A stretch of DNA of 64,000 nucleotides, taken from assembly GCF_009914755.1 (NCBI RefSeq), contig NC_060936.1; one strand, given 5' to 3'. The notes below the pieces were generated by a model. The model did no database searches, was not told the origin of the DNA, and worked only from the letters and a program-made list of their open reading frames with translations. The translations under genes and the position numbers were made by a program. Shown piece by piece: positions 13,195 through 33,469 of this stretch (the stretch's first letter is position 1; the number at the start of each line of letters is the position of its first letter). The stretch is from the human T2T-CHM13v2.0 reference genome, Homo sapiens.

Positions 13195-13805
13195 TGTTAT
13201 ATGTAAAATGTTTATTTAGAAACAGAATGCTTGTTCCCTGGTGCTCCAAAGAAATAGCACTTGAACATAAATTTAATTGTCTCAGCAAAGCCATTTTTAT
13301 TTTCTGCAGAAAGGGTGCTCACCACAGATGGAACAATGGTGAGAGGATACCTGAACAAAGGAGGGAAGAAATTTTTATCCCTTACACAGTTTGTCCCTGC
13401 TACTGTGTCCTGTCTCCATTGGCTGGAGCCAGACCTCACAATCTAAATTAAAACCCAATTGGCTAACAGTTTAAAACTTTTCTAAATAGGTAAAAGTAAC
13501 GGAAAGACAAAGGAAAAGACGAAGTTGCTTATGCCAAATAGGGAAGGGGCATAGGCTGCGAGCTGGAACGTGCCTGTGAGCATGTCCAGCACAAATATAT
13601 TTGTTAAGGTACAAGGGTATATAATGTACTACGTCCCTGTGAGCATTTTTAACAGCTACATAGGATCGGGCTTAACAAAGAGTTATTAGCACAAAGCAAG
13701 GAGGCTTGAAGGAAGTTAGTTTTTATAAGAAACTATTATTTTTAAACTTATGATTTATTCTTTAACAAGAAGGGAAACTTTGAAGAGGAACTTTCACTTT
13801 CTACA
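13195..13805 (-). mobile_element. ERV1 solo LTR (LTR10B-like, HERV-I)
   Basis: TG...CA termini and 4-bp TSD TAAG; reverse complement begins TGTAGAAAGTGAAAGTTCCTCTTCAAAG, like the recalled LTR10B consensus. Confidence 0.75.
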
Positions 13806-14777
13806 TAAGCTATTTTAGTTGGTTTACAGTCGACTTCCAGGAGCCACTATTTCCACTATAGGCAGTTAAGCTATATTAGACTTGCCCCACTATTGCTTAG
13901 TCAAAAACAAGAAAGTATGATTTGGTCTAGAATTGATCAGCATAGAGGCAGGAAAGTACATTGTTTTCAGTGCTGTATATTTACATTTTCAAATACAAAA
14001 TGATGCATGTTTATATTTTCAAATATAAAATTATTATATTTCCAAATATGAAATGATACATACAAATACAAAATAAATATTTCAAATACAAAACTGATAT
14101 TTTCCTTTCTTATCTTAGAAAAATGGTATTTTTAAATACAAAAAAACTATAAATTTATAAACCTAGTAAGTAAAAAGGTAAATTAAAAATAAATGTTAAA
14201 ACTGTATTATTATTCAAATATGAATTATTAACAAATAATAAAGCTTTAAAAATAGTAGCCTAAACATTTAATTAAAATAAAGAAAATTTATCATAAATAA
14301 TTAAAGATAAAATATTACTTGACCTTTTTTGAAAAGTGTGATCTTAAAAAAACAAAGTGTGTTAATGTTGTCATGGTTAAGCATATTTTTGTACAAGTTT
14401 TCTCCAGCTGCTGTAAAGACTGTCTTTGAATCTACGCTAGCAAAGGGAATGGTGAGGGGAGAGAAATCAACTAACTCCAAATATTTTCCATCTTCAAGAG
14501 CGTGAGAAGATCTTGAACACGATTTGTATCTTATTATTCTTCAATAAAAGAGTCAAGGATTGTACCTTTTTACAGAGAGCAAGCTATAGATTGTTTCAAA
14601 AAAAGCCTTTCTGACCTAACCTTTGTCTCCCTTCATTTCATCATCAAGAGATTAAGATTCCAATTCAGTTCCTAGGATCATTTTTTGTTCTGTTATGTTG
14701 ATATTCCTCTTGTTCAGAAAATCTTTGATTAAAGAACAGACTATTCTCACAATAGAAATTTTCAAAATTGTTATGTT

Positions 14778-15072
14778 GGCTGGAGTGATGGCTCACATCT
14801 ATAATCCCAGCAATTTGGGAGACCAAGGCAGGAGGATTGCTTGAGCCCAGGAGTTTGAGAACAGCCTGGGCAATGTAGCAAGAACCAGTTGCTACAAAAA
14901 TTTTAAAACTTAGCCAAGAATGATGGCATATACCTGTGATCCCAGCTACTCAGGAGGCCGAGGTGGGAGGATCACTTGAACCCAGGAGGTTGAGGCTGAA
15001 GTAAGCCATGTTTGCACTACTGCACTCCAGTATGGGGGACAGAGTAAGACCCTGACTCAGAAAAAAAAAAAA
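14778..15072 (+). mobile_element. AluJ
   Basis: Full dimer. Confidence 0.92.
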
Positions 15073-15074
15073 GA

Positions 15075-15941
15075 CTTCTGTGACCCCTGGTCACCAAGAA
15101 GTATCTGGAGATTTCTCCCCACCGACAACCATCAACCAATCCATCAGTTCTTCAGCAGATACAAGCTGAGTGTCCTCCATTTCAATTCTGACAACATCTG
15201 GAGATAGCATCAGATCCCATAGGCTTAGGGCTCCGTTCCATAAGACTACTCCCCATTTCTCATGCCAACCGCAAGCTCTGGGTTGTTTTACCTGTGCGTC
15301 TAACCCACTGGCTATGAATCCAGGTTCCCACAACCACCTCCTCGAGTTTGACACATTTTCTAAAACAGCTCGTTATAACCCAGGGAAATATTTACTTTTA
15401 TTAGTTTATTTTAAAGAATATTACAAGGGATACAGATGAAGACATGCATGGAGAAAGACATGTGGGAAGGGGCGTGGCGCTTTCCTGCCCTCTCTGGGGG
15501 TGCCACCCTCTAGGAACTTCATCATGTTTAGCTATTCAGAAGCTCTCCAAACCCTGTCCATTAGAGATTTTATGAAAGTTTAATTACAGCTGGGTGTGGT
15601 GGCTCATGCCTGTTATCCCAGCACTCTGGGAGCCCGAGGTGAGTTGATTGCCTGAGGTCAGGAGTTCAAGACTAGCCTGGCCAACATGGTGAAACCCCAT
15701 CTCCACTAAAAATACAAAAATTAGGCAGGTATGGTGATGTGCACCTGTAATCCCTACTCAGGAGGCTAAGGCACGAGAATCGCTTGAACCCAGGAGGCGG
15801 AGGTTGCAGTAAGCCGAGATGGCACCACTGCACTCCAGGCTGGACAACAGAGTAAGAGTCCATCTGAAAGAAAGAGAGAAAGAGAGAGAAAGTGAGAAAG
15901 TGAGAAAGCGAGAGAAAGAAAGAAAGAAGGAAAGAAAGAAA

Positions 15942-15982
<41 letters not shown>

Positions 15983-16320
15983 AAAAAATGAAGGAAGGAA
16001 AGAAAGAGGAAGGAAGGAAGGAAGAAAGGAAGGAAGGAAGGAAAGAAACATAGGCGTGATTGATTAAATTATTGACCATTGATCAACTTTACCTTCAGCC
16101 CCTCCCTCCTTTGTGGAGGTTATGGGGTGGAGAAGAAAGTTCCAACCTTCTATTCCTGCCTTGGTCTTTCCAGTGACCAGCACCTAACCTGAAGCTACCC
16201 AAGGGGCTACCAGCCACCAGTCATCTCATTAGCATTCAAAAAGACACTTATTCCAAGGATTTTAGTTGTATGCCAAGAAACTGGAGGTGGAAAATCAAAC
16301 ATACATGTCACAATATCACA
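15075..16320 (-). mobile_element. MER21-like LTR split by an Alu
   Basis: caattctgaca...gatagcatcagatcccatagg and gtcatctcattagcat...caatatcaca motifs. Confidence 0.65.
15588..16048 (+). mobile_element. AluS with expanded (GAAA)/(GGAA) tail (15867-16048)
   Basis: Alu dimer followed by about 180 nt polypurine. Confidence 0.92.
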
Positions 16321-16419
16321 GGAGACAAGTGAAGAATTTACTTCATTCAAAACTTTAATGTAGCGTAAAATAGATTTGTTTTATTTAAATCACTGGTATT
16401 TTGAGTCTCTGCTACACAT

Positions 16420-18700
<2,281 letters not shown>

Positions 18701-18929
18701 CTATTCTACTGGAAAAGAATAAATCTATCTGGGTGAGTTAAGTGAGTTAATAGAAATAAGAATGCATGAAGTTGATGGATTCACGGGAATATGTATAAGC
18801 CATCAAGACCTTGTGATGAAAAGTCAAAATTAGGAGAGGGAATACATCAAATATTTACATTCTTGCAACCACAAAAAATGAAGTGAGCAAAAAGCACAGA
18901 AAGACATCACTAAATGAGACTAAAAGAGG

Positions 18930-19915
<986 letters not shown>

Positions 19916-22209
19916 TTTAAGAGGTTGAAATGCATTTATATCACTCCTGGGGCCTTTCAGTAGCCTCCTACCCCAAGTTGATGATAATAATATCATTAGA
20001 AAAACAGCATATGCAAATGAAGTCAGTGGTAAATGAGAGATGGAGTCACATGGGTTCAAGCTGTCTTGAATCACTCTCTGAGACTATCACCATGGTGGCA
20101 CCCACTCATAAGGGCTTTTAGTAGAACAGAGTCCATAGACAACTATCACACTAGTTAAGGCTGGTGGATCATATGGAATACATAAACAAAATTGGTGATG
20201 AAATGTTACACCAATGATGAAACTGTGCATAGGGTTTAGAGGGTGTGGGGAAGGGGAAATAGGAGAGGGAAAGATTTACAGAGGAAGTGATGTTTGCACA
20301 GAATCTGTTTCTGCTCATCTGCTTCAATTTCACCTCAGAGTTGTTCTGTCTTTAACCTTCATCCTAGTTTCTGTTTGGTTGGTTATTAGTATGTTGTTTG
20401 ATTGATTGTTTAAAGAAGGCGTTATAATTTGCTTACTATTTCCCAATGCCAATATATTTCTGTAGAGTTTTATTACTTATTTTTGTGAGCATTGTACTCA
20501 CATGAAAAAGAAAAATGTATCTTCTTAGGACTGATTCTTACAAATTTGAAATAGCTATAGTTTATAACTTACATGGCCAAGCCCTGCTAGAAGTATCTTG
20601 CAAAGGGTTTGACACAGAAGCTTGGCCAAGCTGTGAAAAATCTCTCAAAGTAGTTAACACACTTCTTGAGTATTACTGGAAACTTGATAAACTAAGAAGA
20701 GAATTTTGACCAGGTATCACAAGAAATTTGTACTGGGGACTTCTAAGAATAAGCGTGTACTATTTCACAGTCAACTAGAAGAAGGCATTAGGACATTAGG
20801 GCTATTTTCTCAATATCTTGTTGATTAATAGTTCTTCCCTTTGCAGACAGAGTAGAAAATTTCACCAAGTAAAGATTTTAGCCCTGCTTTAGTTTAATTC
20901 ATCTCATATTCCTTTATTTCTATTCTTCCTCCCACATCTTTCCTTCTCAGGTCTGGTTCCCTATATGCGGAGCTTCAACCCCCAGAGGATATTTAACCTT
21001 GTCTCCCCCTCCACACTGCTGCATTCCCCACCACATCTCTTTCCCTCTCTTTCCATCCACCTGAAGAGATGAGAGCATATACAGAAAGTAGCTCCCAGCT
21101 GTAGCTCAACCATTAAACACCAAGAGAAAGGAAAATGAACTCTGCCAGACTTAGATCAATTAGAAGATTCCTTTGTAACCTAAATACATTTTTAAAAGCT
21201 TATCATCAAATTATGCAGTCATTTGCAGTTTGAGGTAAAACAACTCCTTCATTTTCATGGCCCTCTCCCCTATTCAAGATGACATCAACTGCATATTAGT
21301 TTTACCTTGTATGCATTTCTCAATAGTAAAACCATTAGTCAGTAGCATCTGAATGTACATTGATACAGTGGGTGTTTTGTGGTAATTATAAGGTAATTAC
21401 TTCCTATCCTTAAATAATTGTCATTTCCACAAACAAACAAAATAGGATAAACAACAATACAGCATACATAAAACAACTGCCATCTCCCTAAGACACCAGA
21501 ATAGCCTGTTAATCAAGGAAAGCTAAATTTATTAAATCTACTACAGTAAGGGAGGCCACACTTTGACAGAAGCTTGGCAGTCTCAGAAGGAGAAGGTTGG
21601 GGGTGATATTTATAGGATTTGGGGAGTCTGAGCAAAAATGGTTTAAAACAGGTCTTTTGAGGCAGGGAACTGTTTGGGGGATTGGGTAAAGTGTTTGACC
21701 TAATAGTTTAGGGTCGGTGCTAGAGTGACCAATTTTACTGATTTCCTAGGACTTTCTCAATTTTAGCACTAAAAATCCTCCAACTGGAGAATCCTTACAG
21801 TCCTGGGCAAACTGGGACCATTGGTCACCCTAATTAGCAGACATACCGTCGCAAGACTGCTGGGTAATTTGAACAGTAGTACCAGAGCAACTGACAAAAC
21901 ATTGTAGCCCATCTTCCCAAGGCTGGATACAAAGTTTTCTGAAGCATTCACATTTACAGCCTCTATTTGACAAAATACTGCATGCCTATGTGCGTTCAAC
22001 TCACATAATAATGAAACTTAACTTTAAAAATGTTTTTATTGCAGTAAGGTATATAAAACATGAATTCGACAGTTTAACTATTTCTATGCATACAAGTGAG
22101 TGGTATTAATTACATTCACAATGTTAAGCGACCATCATCACTTAATTTTTTTAAAGGACGTTTATATTCACTCATCTATCAACGTAGTAGGCACTGTCCT
22201 AGGCGCTAG

Positions 22210-22950
<741 letters not shown>

Positions 22951-23704
22951 TGAGAAGCGCTTTGCCCCCTACAGCCTCTCGAGCCAGCCCTTGGCTCGGA
23001 ATTGGAGAATGGTCCTCATTCTTACCCAGATCTCACACGCCGTCCCCGCTCCCGATCCCAGGGGGTGACAGGCGCGCACGCCTTTCAAACACGTGTTAAA
23101 ATCCAAGACGTCGTCTCAAATGCCAGAGATTTGCGGGAATGCTCCTGGAAGGCCTCAAAATCGCCGCAAGGTTTAAGACATCCGTTTCCATGTTGAAACA
23201 AAGCCCTCTCTAATCCTGCAGTGACCATAAGGCAGACTTTACCTCCAAATTCTGGTCCCCTGTCCTGTGTTTTAACTTGTGTTAAGATCAGACTCGGCTT
23301 TCTCTTTCCCTTTATTCAGAATTTTGCACGATAGTATCTAAGACTGGTGAACACTACACTCTGAAGTCAGTTTTTTGTGCATAGGTTACCTGTATACAAT
23401 GGATAAAAATAATTGCAAAAGTTAAGCTTGTAACTTGATACATATTATCCTGTTATTTTTAAAGGTTTTGTGTTGGGGAAGAGAATTTTCCTGTCTCAAG
23501 GTAGCATTTTATTTCTAAGACTTTTCAGAGTAAAAAAAGTTCAGTAAAAAAATTGCTGATTTTCTTTTTTGTTTTCATTGTGTATTACCAGTTTAAATTC
23601 AGTTGCTGTACCTCTCAGAAATTAAAGTTAGGATGAAATTAGAACTAACACTTAATTTAAATGATTTGAATTTACCTACAACTGCAATAATACCTTACTG
23701 GTAA

Positions 23705-23959
<255 letters not shown>

Positions 23960-24899
23960 TAATTTATTTCATAATTTGTTAATTAAGGCATCATGATATA
24001 TTTTTTCGCTTTTTGTCAATAATTCCTTTCTCCTTCCAATTAGACAACATCTGTTTGTAAATGTACACACATACATATTCCACTGTTGGTCTTTAGCAGA
24101 GCACAGCTTCATTTATTGATACATTGAGTAGGCTGTATAGTGTCATTAGATTGCAATGCATATGTCAACTGAATTTTCATGAATCTGTGTATTTTTTGGA
24201 CACTTGATACACAAGTATAAGATGTGGCCCCTGCCCTTGATGGCCAAACACATTTGGGAAACACTGAAGAGTACAAAGTTAAACAAGGTTCTTCATTGCA
24301 GGCCTTTCTCAAGAGCCTTTAATATGACAATGTTCATTGTATCAGCGAAGGAATATATTATAGTATGTAGTTGATTAAACTTGATTGACCACAGAAGCAT
24401 TTTTGCTGTGAATATCATGAGAGTGTAGTGTTCTAAGATATATATTATGCTCAATTAGAGAATGGGGCCCTGAGGGTTTAAAGAGTCACAAAGAATTTAG
24501 TGACTTAGAAAGCGCTTTATGTGGCCTTTGAACATGAGTTGGGTTTATGTACAATAAGGCATATGGATAGAAAGTACCAGATGAGAGGAAAATGTACAGA
24601 GCATAGTGCTCTGCTCATGGTATTTCATAAATTCGTTCATACTTACATACAAGTATATATCCTAGAAGATTACTACCAACCTCTAAATTTCAAGTACCTG
24701 AAACCAGGCCTTCAATCATCAAGTTCTAGCCATTATTTTTTAAATAAAGTCTCTAATATTGATTTCTTCTTTTAAATCTCAGATTTTCATTTCCAGACTT
24801 CTCTCTTTTCAATCTGATAAGTGCAAAGTGGCCAAGTGAATTTCATCAAATGCTACCTTTTTTTTTTAACACCTCTGCTAGCAGGAAAAATGCTACTTT

Positions 24900-26908
<2,009 letters not shown>

Positions 26909-27670
26909 TTTGGAAAGCGTTATCTAATTGGCCACATTTTAAACGTGGTGGCTTGCGTTTCCTTTAGTACCAGGGTACAATGAGAATGGAACAAAAACCT
27001 CTTTGAGTGTAACCAAAACAGGGTGCCCAGAGGTGGTGTATGGTCTCCATAGTGCCTCATTGAGTAACACTGCTCTCCTCTACTCTCAGAGCTTTCATTC
27101 AGGTGAAATCATGATAAAACATCAGGGGCTGCCATAAGGAGAAAAGATGCAATGACATTTGTCTGTGAGGGGATCATGCATTCAGGGATATGTGTTCAAG
27201 TGAGGAGGAGGTAATATCCCCTTGACATATTGAATGTATTAATATATGTACATACATGAGCTCCTCTGGCTCCATTTGGCACAAAATGGCAACTCCCCCA
27301 ATCTGTTATAAAAGCAGTTCTAACCACATAGTATAGTTTACTTTGTAATATAATACATTTCATTTCAGAATAAGACAGGTGGTAAAGATCCATATAAATT
27401 AGGGGTTTCTCAAATCTAGAGTAGGAGAGGTCTTTAATATTAACTCACATTTTGCCACATTTTACACACTAACAGCTTCTGAGCTCTGTCTCTCATTAGC
27501 TGCCATGTTGATGATTTGGAGCTGTTGCTTGATAGCACTGCCTGCCAACGGCCCAAAGGAGAGGCATTCTGGTTTTATAGTCAAATGAGTAAAAGAACAG
27601 AACGTAAACTTGTCTCATGCACTAAAGTAGATGAGACAGTAAATTGTTTTGATTTTGTTTTTGTTGTTAA

Positions 27671-27793
<123 letters not shown>

Positions 27794-29539
27794 TAGTTGT
27801 GCAACATTAACCTTTGATGTTTTGCTCTGCAATATTTTCTGTAAATACTAAAAGAAAAATAATAGGAAAATATATTTATAAAAATACTTCTATTTCAACT
27901 TGTAAAGAATAGAGAAGTAAATCTCATGAATATGTATTCATAATTAAGCTTACTTGGACCTTATGAAATTGTATATTACAGAATACTCCTTTTTGGCATC
28001 ATATGTCTGTTTTATTTTTACCTAATTATATAGAAAAGTTCATACTCCACATCTTACAGCGTTTGAATGGTGACAGCCATTGAAAACATTCTGTATCTTG
28101 GAGGAATAATATGTAAACCTAAAAGTATTTTCATTTTTCTCTTTCATGTAATAGTCATGTTCACTTTTTAAAATATTTAGGTGATATCAAAGCTCTTGCT
28201 GTCACTTTGTAGATTTTTGTTTATTAAAACAAATTTGATGAGTTCTATCAGGATTTATTTTTTATTTTAGATTTAATAAAGCCAATGTATTGCTTAGACT
28301 TTTTTGGCCTTTTTATATAACTCTTTTCTATGACTGCATATTTTCTGAGTGTTTTTAAGTATATTAGGATTATTTTATTTAGGAAAACTATAATTTTATC
28401 ATATGAAATGCTATTTTATTAGATTTTGCTTTATTGAAATTAAAAATAAAAACATTATTTTTAAATGCTTATTTTATATAACAGTTGTATTATTGGGGGA
28501 AAATGTGAACTAAAGATTCTGCTTTGTATTGGAATTTCAGTCTTTTCTACAGAAATCAGGAAAGGAAAAGCTATAGTTAACCTCAATTTTGTTCTAATTT
28601 TTACTACAGCTTTAATTCTTTATTTACTTTATATACACTTGGAAAGCAGTTTTATTGCATGTATCTTTTCAAAGTTAAAAAGTAAACAGGTTTTTAAAAT
28701 TATCATTGGTAATGATTATTTTTCCTTTCATCTTCATGCTTCTGTTGATCTAATCCCATTCAAGAGCTTAAATAGACTTACAATGGTTGGATTTGGGTGT
28801 GTGAAAGTAAATGTGTATTATGTGTATAAATCTAATATTTTGGTATTTGAAAAGTAAATGTGTGTTAGGAATATTAGTCTAATCCATAATATATAAAATT
28901 TTCAGAAAAGTTATTAAAAATTCATAAAGTTAGCATCTTTAAGGTTAAAATTATACATTGTTACTATAATAATAGTGAAAGATTTGAGCAAAGAACATTA
29001 ACTCCCAAAAGAAAGCCAAATGTATCCTTTACTTCTGAAATATTTGTGGGAGATTTTACAGGCATCCTCTAGAGATACTGCGTGTTCAGTTCCACACCAC
29101 TGCAGTCAAGCAAATACTGCAATAAAGCAAGTCATATGAATTTTTTTATTATCCAGTACATATGAAAGTTATGTTTACACTGTACTACAGTCTATTAAGT
29201 GTGTAATAGTATTATGCCTAAAAAAAAAAAATACGTACCTTAAGTGAAAAATACTTTATTGCTAAAAAATGCTAACAGTTATCTGACCCATCAGCAAGTC
29301 ATCTTTTTGCTGGTGGAGGGTCTTGCCTCGATGTTGATGTCTAATCAGTGTATTGATGACTAATCAGGGTGGTGGTTGCTGAAGGCTGGGGTGGCTGTGA
29401 CAATTTCTTAAAATAAGACAACAATGAAGTTTGCCACATCAGTTGACTCTTCCTTCACAAAAGTTTTCTCTGTAGCACATGATGCTATTTGGTGGCATTT
29501 TTACCCATAGAACTTCTTTCAAAATTGGAGTCAATCCTA

Positions 29540-29828
29540 GGCCGGATGCAGTGGCTCATGCCTGTAATCCCAGTACTTTGGGAGGCTGAGGTAGCTGGAT
29601 CACTTGAGGTCAGGAGTTCGAGACCAACCTGGCTATCATCGTGAAACCCCGTCTCTACTAAAGATACAAAAATTGGCTGCAAGTGGCAGCACACACCTGT
29701 AATCCCAGCTACTTGGGAGGCTGAGGCAAAAGAATCCTTGAACCTGGGAGTCAGAGGATGCAGTGAGGTAAGATCATGCCACTGCCCTCCAACCCCGGGC
29801 GACAGAATGAGTCAAAGAAAAAAAAAAA
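29540..29828 (+). mobile_element. AluS in Tigger1
   Basis: TSD aaaattggagtcaatcct / aaaattggagccagtcct. Confidence 0.93.
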
Positions 29829-30321
29829 TTGGAGCCAGTCCTCTCAAACCCTACTGCTGCTTTATCAACTACATTTTTGGAATATTCTGAATCCTTTATT
29901 GTCACTTCACCAATGTTCACAACATTGTATCTTCACCAGAAGTAGATTCCATCTCAGGAAACCACTTTCTCTGCTCATTCATAAAAAGCAACTCCTCATC
30001 TGTTGAAGTTTTATCATGAGATTGAAGCAATTCAGTCACACCTTCAGGTTCCACTTCTAATTCTACTTTTCTTTCCATTTCTACCACATCTTCAGTGACT
30101 TCCTCCACTTAAATCTCGAACCCCTCAAAGTCATCCATGAGGGTTTAAATCAGCTTCTTCCAAATTCCTTTTAATGTTGATGTTTTGACCTCGTCCCATG
30201 AATCATGAATGTTCATGGTATCTAGAATAATGAATCATCTCCAGAAGGTTTTCATTTACTTTGCCCAGATCCATCAGAGGAACCACTGTCTGTGGCAGCT
30301 ATAGCCTTATGAAAAGTATTT

Positions 30322-30637
30322 CTTTTGTTGTTGTTGTTTGTTGTTTTTTTTTTGAGACAGAATCTTGTTCTGTCATCCAGGCTGGAGGGCAGTAGCGTAA
30401 TCTCAGCTTCCTGCAACTTGCGCCCCTGGGTTCAAGTGATTCTCGTGCTTCAACATCCCAAGTAGCTGGGACTATGGGCATACGCCACCACACCCAGCTA
30501 ATTTTTGTATTTTTAGTGGAGATGGGGTTTCACCATGTTGGCCAGGTCTCCTGTCTCGGACTCCTGTCCCCAAGTGATCCACCCGCTTCAGCCTCCCAAA
30601 GTGCTAGGATTACGGGCGTGAGCCATCGTGTCTGGCC
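30322..30637 (-). mobile_element. AluS in Tigger1
   Basis: TSD aaaagtatttctt. Confidence 0.93.
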
Positions 30638-31627
30638 AAAAAGTATTTCTTAAATAAGACTTGAAAGTCAAAATTACTCCTTGATCCATGGGCTGCAGAA
30701 TAGATATTTTGTTAGCAGGTATGAGGACATGAATCTCCTGTACATCTCCATCAGATCTCTTGGGTGACCAGGTGCATTGTCAATGAGCAGTAATATTTTG
30801 AAAGGAATCCTTTTTTCTGAGCAGTACTTCTCAATAGTAAGCTTAAAATATTCAGTAAACCATGCTGTGAACAGATGTTGCTGTCATCTAGGCTTTTTTC
30901 CATTTATAGGGCACAGGCAGAGTAGATTTAGGATAGTTTTAAAGGTCCTAGGATTTTCAGAATGATAAATGAGCATTGGCTTCAACTTAAAGTCACCCAG
31001 CTACATTTAGTCCCTGATAAGAGAATCAGCCTGTCCTTTGAAGCTTTGAAGCCAGGCATTGACTTCTCTCTAGCTATGAAAGTCCTAGATGTCATCTTCT
31101 GCTGATATAAAGCTGTTTCATCTGCATTGAAAATCTGTTGTCTAGTGTAGCCACCTTCATCAATGATCTTAGCTAAATCTTCTGGATAACTTGATGCAGC
31201 TTCTACATTAGTACTTGCTGCTTCACCTTGCATTTTTATGTTATGGAGATGGCTTCTTTCCTTAAACCTCATGAATCAACCTCTGGCAACGTCAGACTTT
31301 TCTCCTGCAGCTTCCTCACCTTTCTCAACCTTCATAGAATTGAAAAGAGTGGAGGCCTTGCTCTGGATTAGGCTTTGGCTTAAGGGAATGTTGTGGCTGG
31401 TTTGATCCTCTATCCAGACTATTAAACCTTTCTCCATATGAGCAATAAGACTATTTCACCTTCACATCATTCATGTTGTTCACTGGAGTAGCACTTTTCA
31501 TTTCCTTCAAGAACTTTTCCTTTGCATTCCCACCTTGACTGTTTGGCATAAGAGGCCTAGCTTTTAGCTTGCCTCAGCTTTTGACATGCCTTCCTCACTA
31601 AGCTTAACTATTTCTAGCTTTTGGTTG

Positions 31628-31827
31628 CAAGCTTCTCCAACCCACCTTATTTTATTGTTGTTGTTCTGTTTTGTTTTGTCTTAGGCTTTTAGCAGCCTGA
31701 AGCCATGGCTTTTAGTTTCTGTCTTTAGTAATAAGCAGAAAAGAGGGATAAGGAAGGGGTTTTACTGGCCCAACCAGAAACAGAAACTAAGAATCCATGC
31801 CTATATTCTCTCCCTTGGACACTCCTG
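31628..31827 (-). mobile_element. Short hAT MITE (MER107-like) in Tigger1
   Basis: About 200 bp interrupting Tigger1; reverse complement starts CAGGAGTGTCCAAGGGAGAGAATA. Family assignment from memory. Confidence 0.5.
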
Positions 31828-32045
31828 AAAGTGAGAGACTTGCGACTCTTCCTTTCACCTAGAGGGCATTCATTATAGGGTTATTAATTATAGGGAACAC
31901 TTAGAGGGCATTATAGGGTTAATAATTGGCCTAATAGTGTTGTGTCTCAGGGAATAGGGAGGCCCAAGGAGATGGGGAGAAATGGGGGAATACTGGTTGG
32001 TGGAGCAGTTAGACCACACACATAGCATTTATCTATTAAGTTTGC

Positions 32046-32208
32046 CATCAGATCTTGTGAGACTTATTCACTATCATGAGAACAGTACAAGAAAGACCTG
32101 CCCCCATGATTCAATTACTTCCCACCGGGCACCTCCCACAACATGTGGGAATTGTGGGAGCTACAGTTCAAGATGAGATTTGGGTGGGGACACAGCCAAA
32201 CCATATCA
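32046..32208. mobile_element. THE1 LTR fragment in Tigger1
   Basis: catcagatcttgtgagacttattcact...gacacagccaaaccatatca. Confidence 0.8.
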
Positions 32209-33110
32209 CCATCTCATAGTGAGCACATGCTGTTGGAAAATGGTACCAATAGAATTGCTTGACTGGGGATCACCACAAACTTTCAATTTGTAAAAAACTC
32301 TTTATTTGCAAAGTACAATAAAGTGAAGCACAATAAAATGAGGTGTGCTGGTATTATGGCCAAAGAGTAATACCGTTTCCTCTTAGGATTTAAGAGAACT
32401 ATATTCAAGAAAGGTCACCATTGTATGAGATTTTTTTTAAACAGCTTATTAAAGTGTTAGGTTCATGAAAAGTAGCGTACATAATTTATCCAAAATTAAT
32501 AAACTTTTATGCAATTGTAAGTCTTCAGTTGAAACAACTACATGGGTACTAACTTAAGTGTTTCCACACATTCACCATCCTTGTTTGACCAAAAGTGAAT
32601 CAGAAGTAACGGCTCACCTTGAAGATATTGGAAGAATTTGTAAGTACTGTTAAGATACTTGTTGAAAATAAGTGTAAATATACTTTGTTTAAATAAACAA
32701 ACGAGCTTATATCATTTAATTGTAGCCTCGAGACAATTCTAAGACAGAAGTAGAAAGGATATCATCAGTGTTGCAGGGCTCATCAGGCTCAGGAATGCTG
32801 ATTTTCATCAACACATAGGCCCAAAGAATGAATTCCAGCATACCAAATAAATGATATAGAATGGAAAGAGAGCTGTCAGTCAGGCCATGTGTTTGTATTG
32901 GTTTGACTGACACATTCTTTCCATACAGGCAGGCTACAATTGATAACCAATTATTTGAGGGTTGATTACATAATGGAACCATATTATGGGATTTAATTAT
33001 ATGTAGTGCTTTTAACTCTGTTTCAGAAAGAAAGACAGAAATATGACTCCTTTTTCACCACTGAATCGGTAACATCATCCATAGGCTGTGCTCAGAATAT
33101 GAATGCATGA

Positions 33111-33469
<359 letters not shown>

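Larger units (their letters stand above)
29059..32352 (-). mobile_element. Tigger1 DNA transposon, near full length, with nested insertions
   Basis: Both terminal regions present (caggcatcctc... / ...aaaatgaggtgtgctg). Transposase fragments in ORFs 30982..31272 ([11 protein letters not shown]) and 29917..30108. Confidence 0.9.

Noticed and set aside
29917-31272. Possible domesticated TIGD/CENP-B-like transposase gene
   Set aside because: Fragmented by stops, frameshifts and an Alu insertion; an ordinary Tigger1 fossil.
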